Origin: Planctomycetota bacterium
GTDB lineage: Bacteria > Planctomycetota > B15-G4 > SIAN01
Reading direction: 5' to 3'
Assembly: GCA_031409275.1 (NCBI GenBank)
Contig: JANNXA010000033.1
Coordinates: 64,001-128,000, forward strand
DNA: 64,000 nucleotides
Under the pieces are notes generated by a model. The model did not search any database and was not told the DNA's origin. It saw only the letters and a list, made by a program, of their open reading frames with translations. A program made the translations under genes and the position numbers. How positions within the stretch are numbered: the first letter of the stretch is position 1; each line of letters begins with the position of its first letter. Of this stretch, positions 18,419 through 28,277 are shown one piece after another.

Positions 18419-18531
18419 CGATCCCTCGCTTGGGGGTTCACGGCGGAAGCTCCACGCGTCGCGCGACGACATGGGTGCGATTCGACGCTCGCGAACGCGC
18501 GGCCAGTCGCGCCTCGGTGAAGCGTCGTCAA

Positions 18532-18606
18532 GGTGGGGTCAATCACCCTGAATCGTGGGTCAATCGCACTGCCCGAATGATGAATGGGTGGGTTGATCCA
18601 CCCATT
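18532..18606. promoter_or_regulatory. Three related palindromic operator-like sites upstream of the nar-act operon
   Basis: GGGTCAATC at 18536 and 18557, GGGTTGATC at 18590; perfect IR AATGGGTGG-N6-CCACCCATT at 18583-18606. Confidence 0.55.
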
Positions 18607-18704
18607 TCCGGGCTCTCTCGCCAGCGCTCGCCGCGCCAGCGCGGCGTTTCGATCAGCGGCACCGCCATTGCCTAGCACCAACACCACTCTGGGAGGCGGA
18701 GAGC

Positions 18705-19550
18705 ATGCGGCGATCGATCTTGCTGGGACTCCTGACGATCGGGCTGGCCGCATGGTGCCCCGTCGCGCAAGCCCAGGCCCCGTCCGAGGAGACGATCGCC
18801 TACTTCCAACAGAACTGCACCAGCTGCCACACGATCGGCGGCGGGCGGTTGGCGGGTCCCGACCTCAAGGGCGCGCTCCAGCGACGCGATCGGGACTGGC
18901 TGGTGAAGTTCACCCTCGATCCGAAGTCGGTGATCGACTCGGGCGACGCCTACGCGCAGAACCTCCTCAAGGAGGCGCGCGGCGTGGTGATGCCGGCGAT
19001 CCCGACGATGACACGCGATCGAGCGGGGCGATTGATCGACATGATCGAGGCGGAGTCGAAGCTCGAACGCTCGCAGTTCGCAGGCACGCAGATCAGCGAA
19101 AGGCCGCTCACCGCCGCCGACGCTGAACTGGGCGCACGCCTCTTCCGCGGCACGCAGCGATTCGCGCGCGGCTCCCCGGCCTGCATCGGGTGCCACACGA
19201 CTCGCGAGATCGGCGGGCTCGGGGGCGGCGTCCTCGGCCCGGACCTCACGGCAGCGTACTCGCGGATCGAGGGTCGCAAGGCGTTGGCGGCGTGGCTCTC
19301 GTCACCGCCGTCTCTGACGATGGCGCCCGTCTACCGTCGCAGCCCGCTCGACCCGGACGAGGTGCTCGCCGTGGTCGCGTACCTGCAAGTCGTGGCCGAG
19401 CAGGGCGCACCCCCCGATCCGCCGCCGACGCTCGCGCTGGTTCTGTCGGGTTGCGGCGGCGCCGGCCTCGTGATCTTCCTGTTCGATTTCCTTTGGCGGG
19501 GGCGCTTCCGTGATGTGCGCCGCTCGCTGGTAGAGCGGGGACGTGCATGA
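18705..19550 (+). CDS. Membrane-anchored periplasmic dihaem cytochrome c (NarC-like)
   Basis: Signal peptide, CTSCH..GPDL..M and CIGCH..GPDL..M, C-terminal TM helix; ATGA overlap with narG. Confidence 0.88.
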   Translation: MRRSILLGLLTIGLAAWCPVAQAQAPSEETIAYFQQNCTSCHTIGGGRLAGPDLKGALQRRDRDWLVKFTLDPKSVIDSGDAYAQNLLKEARGVVMPAIPTMTRDRAGRLIDMIEAESKLERSQFAGTQISERPLTAADAELGARLFRGTQRFARGSPACIGCHTTREIGGLGGGVLGPDLTAAYSRIEGRKALAAWLSSPPSLTMAPVYRRSPLDPDEVLAVVAYLQVVAEQGAPPDPPPTLALVLSGCGGAGLVIFLFDFLWRGRFRDVRRSLVERGRA

Positions 19551-22500
19551 ACTTCGACGGCAAGCATCCCTTCATCGACGATCGAGTCGATGCCGGCGCG
19601 CGACAGTGGGAGGAGTTCTATCGCAACCGCTGGCAGCACGACAAAGTCGTGCGCAGCACGCACGGCGTCAACTGCACCGGATCGTGCTCGTGGCAGATCC
19701 ACGTCAAGGACGGGATCGTCACCTGGGAGATGCAGGGGCTCGACTACCCGCGCATCTCGTCCGAGATCCCGCCCTACGAGCCGCGCGGATGCCAGCGCGG
19801 GATCTCCTACTCGTGGTACCTCTATTCGCCGATGCGGGTGAAGCACCCGTACATCCGCGGCGCGCTGCTCGATCTCTGGAAGGAAGCGCGCGCGCAGCAT
19901 GACGATCCGGTCGATGCATGGCGCAGCCTCGTCGACGACCCGGTCAAGCGGGCGCGCTGGCAGCGGGCGCGCGGCAAGGGAGGTTTGCGTCGCGCGAGCT
20001 GGGAGACGGCCCTCGACATCGTCTCCGCTTCGGCGATCCACACGATCCAGCGCCACGGGCCCGATCGAATCGCCGGCTTCTCCCCGATTCCCGCGATGTC
20101 GATGCTCTCGTATGCGGCCGGCGCGCGAATGCTGCAGTTGATGGGCGGCGTGAGCCTGTCGTTCTACGACCGGTACTGCGACCTGCCGAGCGCGTCGCCC
20201 GAGACCTGGGGCGAACAAACCGACGTCAACGAGTCGGCCGACTGGTTCCACGCCAAGATGATCGCCGTCTGCGGCTCGAACCTGAACATGACCCGCACGC
20301 CGGACGTGCACTTCGCCGCCGAGGCGCGCACGAACGGCAGCAAGATGGTCGTCTTCTCGCCGGACTTCTCGCAGGTCTCGAAGTTCGCGGACGAGTGGAT
20401 CGCGGTCAACGCGGGGCAGGACGGCGCGTGGTGGATGGCGGTGAATCACGTCATCCTGAAGGAGTTCCACCACGATCGCGCGTGCAAGCCGTTCCTCGAC
20501 CACGTGCGCGGCTTCTCCGATGCGCCGTTCCTCATCGAGTTGATCACGACACCCGCGGGCACCCGTCCCGGTCGGATGGTGCCGGCCGGTCGCCTCGAGC
20601 GCTACGCCGCCGAGGACAACGGCGACTGGAAGTTCCTCCAGTGGGATCGCACCAGCGGCGAGCCCCGGATGCCACTCGGCAGCGTCGGCCATCGCTGGTC
20701 GAAAGAGAAGGGCAAGTGGAACCTGCAGCCGAAGGACGGGCGTGACGGCAGCGGCATCGATGCGGAGCTCTCGTTCCTCGGCGCCGGGGACGGCGTCGAG
20801 ATGGTGGAGTTCGACGACTTCGGCGGCGACACGACCCTGACACGCGGAGTGCCGTACAAGGTCCTGCAGACCAAGGGCGGTCCGATCAAGGTCGCGACGA
20901 TCTACGACGTCTTGATGGCGCAGTACGGCGTTCCGCGCGGCCTGCCGGGCGCCTACCCCACGAGCTACGACGACGAGACGTCACCCTACACGCCCGCCTG
21001 GTCGGAGAAGTACACCGGGATCGATCGCAAGACGTTGCTGCGGTTCGCGCGCGAGTGGGCGTCGACGGCCGAATCCACCGGCGGCAAGTGCAGCGTGATC
21101 ATCGGTGCAGGCATCAACCACTGGTACCACGCCAACCTCATGTACCGGGCAGCCATCCACGCCCTGGTCTTCTGTGGTTGTGTGGGCGTGAACGGCGGCG
21201 GCCTCGCCCACTACGTCGGCCAGGAGAAGCTCGCGCCGATGGAGCCGTGGTCGGCGATCGCGTTCGCGAAGGACTGGTATCCGTCCTCGCGCCTGCAGAA
21301 CACGCCGAGCTGGCACTACGTGCACAGCGATCAGTGGCGCTACGAGAAGAACTTCAGCGACTACTCGGCGACGCCGCACGCCAACGAGGAGGGCAGTTTC
21401 GTCACCGGTCATTCGATCGACCAGAACGTGCGCGCGGTGCGCAACGGGTGGTTGCCCTTCTATCCGCAGTTCACCTGCAATCCGCTCGACGTCACGAAGG
21501 CCGCCGAGAAGGCGGGCGCCACCGATGAAGCGGGCGTGGTGCGCCACGTCGTCGATCGCCTGAAGTCACGCGACCTCAAGTTCGCGATCGAGGATCCGGA
21601 CGCCCCGGAGTCGTGGCCTCGGCTCTGGTTCATCTGGCGCGGCAACGCGCTCATGTCGTCGGCGAAGGGGCACGAGTACTTCCTCAAGCACTATCTCGGC
21701 ACGCACCACAACGACATCGCGGAAGACCTCGCCGAAGGCTCGGTGAAGGAGGTCACTTGGCGCAGCCCCGCGCCCGAAGGGAAGCTCGACCTCGTCGTCG
21801 ACCTGAACTTCCGGATGGACACCACGGCCCTCTACTCCGACGTGATCCTCCCGGCGGCCACGTGGTACGAGAAGGCTGACCTCAACTCGACGGACATGCA
21901 CAGTTTCATCCACCCGCTGTCGGCAGCCGTGCCGCCTTGCTGGGAGTCGAAGAGCGACTGGGACATCTTCCGAGCCATCTCGAAGCGCTTTTCCGAACTG
22001 GCGGTGAAGCACTTTCCGGGACCGGTCAAGGACCTCGTCGCGGCGCCGCTCGCGCACGACACGCCGGCCGAGATCGCGCAGCGCGATCCAAAGGATTGGA
22101 GCCGCGGCGAGTGCGACGCGGTGCCGGGCAAGACGATGCCGTCGTTCAAGGTGGTCGAGCGCGACTACCGGAAGCTCTACCAGCAATTCATCGCCCTCGG
22201 ACCGAAGGTGCGCGAGAACGGGCTGGGCGCCCACGGAACGCACTACAAAGTCGATGACGTCTACGACGAGATGGTGGCGACCGGGCCCGTGACGCGGGTC
22301 GATGACCGACTCCACCCTTCGCTCGAGGATGCCACCCAGGCCTGCGACGTCGTGCTGGGGATGGCGAGCGTCACCAACGGCGAGCTCGCCTGGCGTTCCT
22401 ACAAGGCCATGGAAGAGAAGGTCGGCCTGCCGCTCGCGGATCTCGCCGCCGGGAACCGCGGTGCGCGCCTGCGCTACAAGGACCTGCAGGCGCAACCGCG

Positions 22501-23188
22501 CCGGCTGCTGAACAGCCCGATGTGGTCGGGGCTCGTCGACAACGGCCGCACCTATGCGCCGTTCACCTACAACCGCGAGCGGCTCGTTCCGTGGCGCACG
22601 CTGACCGGGCGCCAGCATCTCTACCTCGACCACGAGGCGTACCTGCAGGCCGGCGAGCACCTGCCGACCTACAAGCAGAAGCTGCTGCCCGCGCAGTACG
22701 CCGACTTGCGCTTCAGCAAGGACGACGGCGGCGCGGTGATGCTGAACTACCTCACGCCGCACGGCAAATGGCACATCCACTCGACGTACGGCGAGACCGA
22801 GAGGATGACGACGCTGTCGCGCGGCTGCGAGCCGCTGTGGCTCAGCCTGAAGGACGCGGACGCGATCGGCATCGCGGACAACGACTGGGTCGAAGTGCAC
22901 AACGACAACGGCGTGGTCGTCACGCGCGCCGTCGTCAGCGCCCGCATCCCGTCCGGGATCTGCATCCAATACCACAGCCCGGAGCGCACGTGCGGCGTGC
23001 CGCGATCGCCGTCTCGAAATGGCCGGCGTGCAGGCGGCCACAACAGCCTGACACGCACCCGGCTCAAGCCGAACCTGATGATCGGCGGCTACGGGCAGTT
23101 CACCTACCACTTCAACTACTGGGGCCCGATCGGCTGCAACCGCGACACGCATGTTCTGGTGCGTCGGCTGCCCGAGCTGCGCTGGTAG
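19547..23188 (+). CDS. narG: Nitrate reductase / nitrite oxidoreductase alpha subunit (cytoplasm-facing, no Tat signal)
   Basis: [14 protein letters not shown] (FS0), [21 protein letters not shown] Mo-ligand Asp, [28 protein letters not shown]. Confidence 0.97.
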   Translation: MNFDGKHPFIDDRVDAGARQWEEFYRNRWQHDKVVRSTHGVNCTGSCSWQIHVKDGIVTWEMQGLDYPRISSEIPPYEPRGCQRGISYSWYLYSPMRVKHPYIRGALLDLWKEARAQHDDPVDAWRSLVDDPVKRARWQRARGKGGLRRASWETALDIVSASAIHTIQRHGPDRIAGFSPIPAMSMLSYAAGARMLQLMGGVSLSFYDRYCDLPSASPETWGEQTDVNESADWFHAKMIAVCGSNLNMTRTPDVHFAAEARTNGSKMVVFSPDFSQVSKFADEWIAVNAGQDGAWWMAVNHVILKEFHHDRACKPFLDHVRGFSDAPFLIELITTPAGTRPGRMVPAGRLERYAAEDNGDWKFLQWDRTSGEPRMPLGSVGHRWSKEKGKWNLQPKDGRDGSGIDAELSFLGAGDGVEMVEFDDFGGDTTLTRGVPYKVLQTKGGPIKVATIYDVLMAQYGVPRGLPGAYPTSYDDETSPYTPAWSEKYTGIDRKTLLRFAREWASTAESTGGKCSVIIGAGINHWYHANLMYRAAIHALVFCGCVGVNGGGLAHYVGQEKLAPMEPWSAIAFAKDWYPSSRLQNTPSWHYVHSDQWRYEKNFSDYSATPHANEEGSFVTGHSIDQNVRAVRNGWLPFYPQFTCNPLDVTKAAEKAGATDEAGVVRHVVDRLKSRDLKFAIEDPDAPESWPRLWFIWRGNALMSSAKGHEYFLKHYLGTHHNDIAEDLAEGSVKEVTWRSPAPEGKLDLVVDLNFRMDTTALYSDVILPAATWYEKADLNSTDMHSFIHPLSAAVPPCWESKSDWDIFRAISKRFSELAVKHFPGPVKDLVAAPLAHDTPAEIAQRDPKDWSRGECDAVPGKTMPSFKVVERDYRKLYQQFIALGPKVRENGLGAHGTHYKVDDVYDEMVATGPVTRVDDRLHPSLEDATQACDVVLGMASVTNGELAWRSYKAMEEKVGLPLADLAAGNRGARLRYKDLQAQPRRLLNSPMWSGLVDNGRTYAPFTYNRERLVPWRTLTGRQHLYLDHEAYLQAGEHLPTYKQKLLPAQYADLRFSKDDGGAVMLNYLTPHGKWHIHSTYGETERMTTLSRGCEPLWLSLKDADAIGIADNDWVEVHNDNGVVVTRAVVSARIPSGICIQYHSPERTCGVPRSPSRNGRRAGGHNSLTRTRLKPNLMIGGYGQFTYHFNYWGPIGCNRDTHVLVRRLPELRW

Positions 23189-23219
23189 CGAGTCGGTCAA
23201 AAGGGCGGAGAGAAGAGAC

Positions 23220-24713
23220 ATGGACGTCCGTTCGCAGATCGCGATGGTGTTCCACCTGGACAAGTGCATCGGATGCCACACGTGCAGCATCGCGTGCAAG
23301 AACATCTGGACCGACCGAGAAGGCACGGAGTACATGTGGTGGAACAACGTCGAGACGAAGCCGGGCACGGGCTTCCCGACGCAGTGGGAGAACCAGGAGA
23401 AGTACAAGGGCGGCTGGGAGAGCGACGGCGAGAAGCTGCGGCTGCGATCGAACGGCAAGGCCCGGATCGTCCCGAACATCTTCCACAACCCGAACCTGCC
23501 GAGCCTCGACGACTACTACGAGCCGTGGACGTATCGCTACTCCGATCTCTTCCAGGCACCCGAGGGCGACGACCAGCCGACCGCCATCCCGATCTCGAAG
23601 ATCACCGGCGAACCGATCGAAGTGAAGTCGGGCCCGAACTGGGACGATGATCTCGGCGGCTCGCGGATCTACGCCCAGGGCGATCCGAACATGCAGAAGC
23701 TGTCGCCACATCTGCAGGAGCAGATGCTCGCGATCGAGCGGCTGGTGTTCTTCTACTTGCCGCGCATCTGCAACCACTGCCTGAACCCGTCGTGCGTCGC
23801 GGCGTGCCCCGCTGGCGCGCTCTACAAGCGGGGTGAGGACGGCATCGTCCTCCTCAACCAGGATCGCTGCCGTGGCTGGCGCGCGTGCGTGTCGGCCTGC
23901 CCCTACAAGAAGACCTACTACAACTGGAAGACGGGCAAGTCCGAGAAGTGCATCCTCTGCTTCCCGCGGCTCGAAAGCGGCCAGGCGCCAGCGTGCTTCC
24001 ACTCGTGCGTCGGCCGCATCCGCTACCTCGGCAACGTCCTGTACGACGCCGATCGATTGCTCGAGCTGGCGAACAAGCCGGATCATGAGCTCGTCGACGC
24101 CCAGCGCGAGATGCTGCTCGACCCGCACGATCCGAAAGTGATCGATGCCGCGCGCAAGAACGGGATCCACGAAGGGATCATCGAGTCGGCGCAGAGATCA
24201 CCGGTCGACAAGTTCGTTCGCGTCTGGAAGATCGCCCTGCCGCCGCACGTCGAGTTCCGGACGTTCCCGATGCTCTTCTACGTCCCGCCGTTGCTGCCAG
24301 TCATGGCCGCCAAGGTCGACGGCAAGCTCGACAACCAGACGGTCGGGATGTTCGGGGACATCGAGAAGGCGCGAGCGCCGATCCAGTACCTCGCCAGCCT
24401 CTTCAGCGCCGGCAACGAGGGGAAGCTCCGCTACGCGTTGAAGAAGCAGGTGGCGGTTCGCCTCCTTCGCCGCCACCTCACCGTCGGCGACGTCAGTCGC
24501 CAGACCGTCGACTTCGCGCTGGCGGAGGCCGACTGCACCGAGAGCGAGGCGAACGAGATCTACCGTCTCACGGCGCTCGCGACGGAAGACGATCGCTTCG
24601 TCATCCCGCCGTTCCAGCGCGAGATGGCGATCGAGATGGTCGAGGATCCGCAGGAGTGGAAGCAGTCGGCAGGCTTCGGCTACCGGCAGTCGCCGCAGGA
24701 AAGGAGACTGTGA
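23220..24713 (+). CDS. narH: Nitrate reductase / nitrite oxidoreductase beta subunit
   Basis: LDKCIGCHTCSIACK, PRICNHCLNPSCVAACP, CRGWRACVSACPY, EKCILCFPR, CVGRIRY. Confidence 0.97.
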   Translation: MDVRSQIAMVFHLDKCIGCHTCSIACKNIWTDREGTEYMWWNNVETKPGTGFPTQWENQEKYKGGWESDGEKLRLRSNGKARIVPNIFHNPNLPSLDDYYEPWTYRYSDLFQAPEGDDQPTAIPISKITGEPIEVKSGPNWDDDLGGSRIYAQGDPNMQKLSPHLQEQMLAIERLVFFYLPRICNHCLNPSCVAACPAGALYKRGEDGIVLLNQDRCRGWRACVSACPYKKTYYNWKTGKSEKCILCFPRLESGQAPACFHSCVGRIRYLGNVLYDADRLLELANKPDHELVDAQREMLLDPHDPKVIDAARKNGIHEGIIESAQRSPVDKFVRVWKIALPPHVEFRTFPMLFYVPPLLPVMAAKVDGKLDNQTVGMFGDIEKARAPIQYLASLFSAGNEGKLRYALKKQVAVRLLRRHLTVGDVSRQTVDFALAEADCTESEANEIYRLTALATEDDRFVIPPFQREMAIEMVEDPQEWKQSAGFGYRQSPQERRL

Positions 24714-24714
24714 C

Positions 24715-25308
24715 ATGGAGGCCATGCTCGATCGCGCCTTGTTGCCAGCTCTGGCCGAACTCCTCGACTATCCGGGAGTGGATCCGCGCGCACAGCTCGC
24801 GGCAGCCAGGCAGCTCGCGGATTCCCTCGCGCCGGAGGCACGTGCCGAGCTGATCGCGTTCGTCGACTGGGCGGAAAGCCGCCCGAACGGTGAGCTCGAG
24901 GAGATCTACGCCGCGACTTTCGACTCGAGCGAGACCTGCGCGCTCGAGCTCGGGTGGCATGTCTACGGCGAAACCTATCCGCGCGGGATCTTCCTGGTCG
25001 AGATGCGGCAGCGGCTGCGAGAGGCCGGCATCGACGAGCGCAGCGAGCTTCCCGACCACCTGTCGCAGGTGTTGCGTTGGCTGGCATGCGCCGACTTCAA
25101 GCAGGGGCACGGCGAAGCGGCGCGGGTCGCACGGATGGTCGTGATCCCCGCCGTTCGCGCGATCGTCGCCGGACTCGAGCAGGCGCATAGCCCCTACGCG
25201 CCGCTGCTCCGCGCCGCCGGCTTCGCGCTCCATCCGAAGTTCCTCGAGCAGACGGCGGCGCAGCGCCCCGAGCCGGCCTCGCCCGAACTCGAAGGAGGCT
25301 GCTCGTGA
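24715..25308 (+). CDS. narJ: Nitrate reductase molybdenum cofactor assembly chaperone
   Basis: LLDYP, LEEIYAATFD, GETYPRG, SELPDHL; lies between narH and narI. Confidence 0.9.
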   Translation: MEAMLDRALLPALAELLDYPGVDPRAQLAAARQLADSLAPEARAELIAFVDWAESRPNGELEEIYAATFDSSETCALELGWHVYGETYPRGIFLVEMRQRLREAGIDERSELPDHLSQVLRWLACADFKQGHGEAARVARMVVIPAVRAIVAGLEQAHSPYAPLLRAAGFALHPKFLEQTAAQRPEPASPELEGGCS

Positions 25309-25994
25309 ATGACTACGTCTTGTTCGCGATCCTGCCCTACATCTCGATGGTGCTGTTCTTCGTCGTGACGATCCAGCGCTACCGGCAACGCAAGTTCACC
25401 TACTCGAGCCTGTCGTCCCAGTTCCTGGAGAACCGGCACCACTTCTTCGGATCGGTGCCGTTCCACTACGGGATCCTGGTGGTGCTCGCCGTGCACGTCC
25501 TGGCCTTCACCGCGCCGGACCTGGTGCTCGGCTGGAACGCGCGGCCGCTGCGACTCTGGGTCGGCGAGCTGACGGTCCTGGCGTTCGCCGTCCTCACACT
25601 GGTCGGATTGGCGAATCTCGTCATCCGCCGCATCACCCACCGGTTGGCCAAGCGCGTCACGACGCTCGGTGACTGGGGCGTCTACCTGCTGCTCGGAGTG
25701 CAGGTCGCTTCCGGCATCGGCGTCGCCGTCTTCCACGGCTGGGGCTCGTCGTGGTTCGCCACGTCCGCGACGCCGTGGCTGTGGTCGTTGATGAAGCTCC
25801 AGCCGGACATCAGCTTCGTCGCGCCGCTGCCGTGGCTCGTGAAGCTCCACATCGTCAACGCCTTCCTCCTCATCGCGTACTTCCCGTTCACGCGGCTCGT
25901 GCACGTGCTGGTCCTTCCCAATCCCTACCTGTGGCGCAAGGAGCAGGTCGTGGTGTGGAACCGTGATCGACGCACGACGCGCGCGGTCGAGTGA
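25305..25994 (+). CDS. narI: Respiratory nitrate reductase gamma subunit (dihaem b membrane anchor)
   Basis: SSLSSQFLE, FHYGIL..H, KLHI..PFTRLVH with four haem-ligand His; 5 TM segments. Confidence 0.95.
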   Translation: MNDYVLFAILPYISMVLFFVVTIQRYRQRKFTYSSLSSQFLENRHHFFGSVPFHYGILVVLAVHVLAFTAPDLVLGWNARPLRLWVGELTVLAFAVLTLVGLANLVIRRITHRLAKRVTTLGDWGVYLLLGVQVASGIGVAVFHGWGSSWFATSATPWLWSLMKLQPDISFVAPLPWLVKLHIVNAFLLIAYFPFTRLVHVLVLPNPYLWRKEQVVVWNRDRRTTRAVE

Positions 25995-26004
25995 GGAGTC
26001 CTCC

Positions 26005-27615
26005 ATGAGCACCTCCGTCGTCGATCCGTCACCTCCTGGCGCGGCCGTCCGCGGTGCCGCTGCATCGCCGCGCCTCGGGCGCTGGCGCACGTTCGAGCGG
26101 TTCAACCCTGACGACGCGGCTTCCTGGGAATCCGGCGGTCGGCGCGCGGCGCTGCGCAATCTCCTGATCAGCGTCCCGTGCCTCCTCTGCGGCTTCGCCG
26201 TCTGGGGCTACTGGTCGATCATCACCGTGCAGATGCAGAACCTCGGGTTCCCGTTCCGCAAGGAGCAGCTCTACACGCTCTCTGCGATCGCCGGGCTCGC
26301 GGGCGCGACGTTGCGCATTCCCAACTCGTTCTTCGTCGCGTTGGCGGGAGGGCGCAATGCGGTGGCCGCGACGACGGCACTGCTGCTCCTGCCGTCCATC
26401 GGCGCCGGCGTCGCGCTGCGCGATCCGCAGACTCCCTACAGCTGGTTCGTGATCCTCGCGGCGCTGTCGGGCATCGGCGGCGGCGCCTTCGCCTCCTCGA
26501 TGTCGAACATCTCGTTCTTCTTCCCGAAGCGCATGCAAGGCACCGCGCTGGGCGTCAACGCCGGGATCGGCAACCTCGGCGTGAGCCTGATGCAAGTGCT
26601 GCTGCCCTTCGTGATGGGCTTCGCGCTGTTCGGCGCCATCTCCGGTGATGGCCTTCCGTTGCCCGGGGCGGAGACTCCGACGCTGATCTGGCTCCAGAAC
26701 TGCGGATTGGTCTGGGTTCCAGGACTGGTCGTGCTCGCGATCGCCGCGTGGTTCGGCATGAACAACCTGCCGCAGCATGCCGCCGGCCATCCGCTCGGCG
26801 CCGTGGCGAAGATGCTCTGGCTCACGCTGCTCGGATTCGCTGCCGCGGCCGCGGGGCTCACGCTGCTCCTGATCGTCGGATGGAGCATGTGGATCGTCCT
26901 GCCGTTCACGATCATGCTGACCCTCGTGCTGATGCGATTCGCGACGCCTGCTCCCGTTCGGACGCGGCTGCGATCCCAGTTCGCGATCTTCCGCGAGAAG
27001 CACACCTGGGTGATGTCGTGGCTCTACACCATGACGTTCGGCTCGTTCATCGGGTACTCCTTCGCGTTCCCGAAGCTGATCCAGGATGTGTTCGGGACGC
27101 TCCCCGACGGGACCAAGAACCCGTTCGCGCCCAGTCCGCTGAAGTACGCGTGGCTGGGGGCGTTGGTCGGTTCGCTGATCCGTCCGCTCGGTGGATGGCT
27201 CTCGGACAAGTTCGGCGGGGCGCGCGTCACGCAGTGGGACACGGTCGTGATGATCGGCGCCGCGCTCGGCGTCGCGCACTACGTCAAGCTGGCCGGCGGC
27301 TCGCCGCATCCGGAGGAGTACTTCACTCCCTTCCTGCTGCTCTTCCTGCTGCTCTTCGTGACCACGGGAATCGGCAACGGCTCGACGTTCCGGATGATTC
27401 CGATCATCTTCAAGCCCGATCTGGCCGGCCCGATCCTCGGCTGGACATCGGCGATCGCCGCGTACGGCGCGTACATCGTCCCGAAGGTCTTCGGTGCCCA
27501 GATCCAGGCCAAGACCCCGCACTACGCGCTGTGGGGTTTCGCGATCTACTACGCCACCTGCCTCGCGGTGAACTGGTGGTACTACGCGCGGCGCGGCGCC
27601 GAAAGGCCGTGCTGA
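26005..27615 (+). CDS. narK: NarK-family nitrate/nitrite MFS transporter (NarK2-like)
   Basis: RNLLIS, GATLRIP, GGGAFASSMSNISFFFPK, GxNAGIGNLG, TFGSFIGYS, GIGNGSTF nitrate signatures. Confidence 0.93.
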   Translation: MSTSVVDPSPPGAAVRGAAASPRLGRWRTFERFNPDDAASWESGGRRAALRNLLISVPCLLCGFAVWGYWSIITVQMQNLGFPFRKEQLYTLSAIAGLAGATLRIPNSFFVALAGGRNAVAATTALLLLPSIGAGVALRDPQTPYSWFVILAALSGIGGGAFASSMSNISFFFPKRMQGTALGVNAGIGNLGVSLMQVLLPFVMGFALFGAISGDGLPLPGAETPTLIWLQNCGLVWVPGLVVLAIAAWFGMNNLPQHAAGHPLGAVAKMLWLTLLGFAAAAAGLTLLLIVGWSMWIVLPFTIMLTLVLMRFATPAPVRTRLRSQFAIFREKHTWVMSWLYTMTFGSFIGYSFAFPKLIQDVFGTLPDGTKNPFAPSPLKYAWLGALVGSLIRPLGGWLSDKFGGARVTQWDTVVMIGAALGVAHYVKLAGGSPHPEEYFTPFLLLFLLLFVTTGIGNGSTFRMIPIIFKPDLAGPILGWTSAIAAYGAYIVPKVFGAQIQAKTPHYALWGFAIYYATCLAVNWWYYARRGAERPC

Positions 27616-27616
27616 G

Positions 27617-28270
27617 ATGCTGGCGCGGTCGCTTCGCATCCTTGCACTCGTGGCGGTCGTCTTCGGTGGCGCCGCGATGATCTTCGCCGGCGATGTGCGC
27701 GGCGTCGGCGACCACACGGGCTTCGCGCCGAGCCAGCCGATCGCGTTCTCGCATCGACTTCACGCCGGCGAGCTGCAGGTGCAGTGCCTCTACTGTCATG
27801 CCGGCGCGGAGCGGAGCCGGCATGCCGGCCTGCCCGAGGCGAGCCTCTGCATGAACTGCCACCAGAGCGTGACCGCGCCGCGCGATCGCGTGCTCGAGGA
27901 GCAGGCGGCGGCGGCGGCGCAGGGGCGCGAGCCGAAGCTCGTCTTCTCGTCCGAGATCGCGAAGGTCTACGCGGCGCTCGGACTCGACTCCTTCGGGAAG
28001 CGCGATCCGGCGCAGGAGCCGCGGCCCATCGAGTGGGTCCGCGTCCATCACCTGCCGGACTTCGTCTACTTCGATCACCGACCCCACGTGCTGCGCGGCG
28101 TCGCGTGCGAGACCTGCCACGGGCCGGTTCAGAGCATGGACCGGGTGCGGCAGGAAGCGTCGCTCTCGATGGGCTGGTGCATGGAGTGCCATCGGGCCAG
28201 CCGTGTGACTCTGCGGCCGGAGCTTCCGGCGCAGCCGGTCTCGACCGATTGCACGACATGCCATTTCTAG
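27617..28270 (+). CDS. actA: Alternative complex III pentahaem cytochrome c subunit
   Basis: N-terminal TM, PSQPIAFSHRLHAG, five CxxCH (CLYCH, CMNCH, CETCH, CMECH, CTTCH), WVRVHHLPDFVYFDH. Confidence 0.92.
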   Translation: MLARSLRILALVAVVFGGAAMIFAGDVRGVGDHTGFAPSQPIAFSHRLHAGELQVQCLYCHAGAERSRHAGLPEASLCMNCHQSVTAPRDRVLEEQAAAAAQGREPKLVFSSEIAKVYAALGLDSFGKRDPAQEPRPIEWVRVHHLPDFVYFDHRPHVLRGVACETCHGPVQSMDRVRQEASLSMGWCMECHRASRVTLRPELPAQPVSTDCTTCHF

Positions 28271-28277
28271 GAGCAGC

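Noticed and set aside
18517..18531. FNR/CRP box GTGA-N7-TCAA
   Set aside because: Spacer is one base too long and half-sites are imperfect
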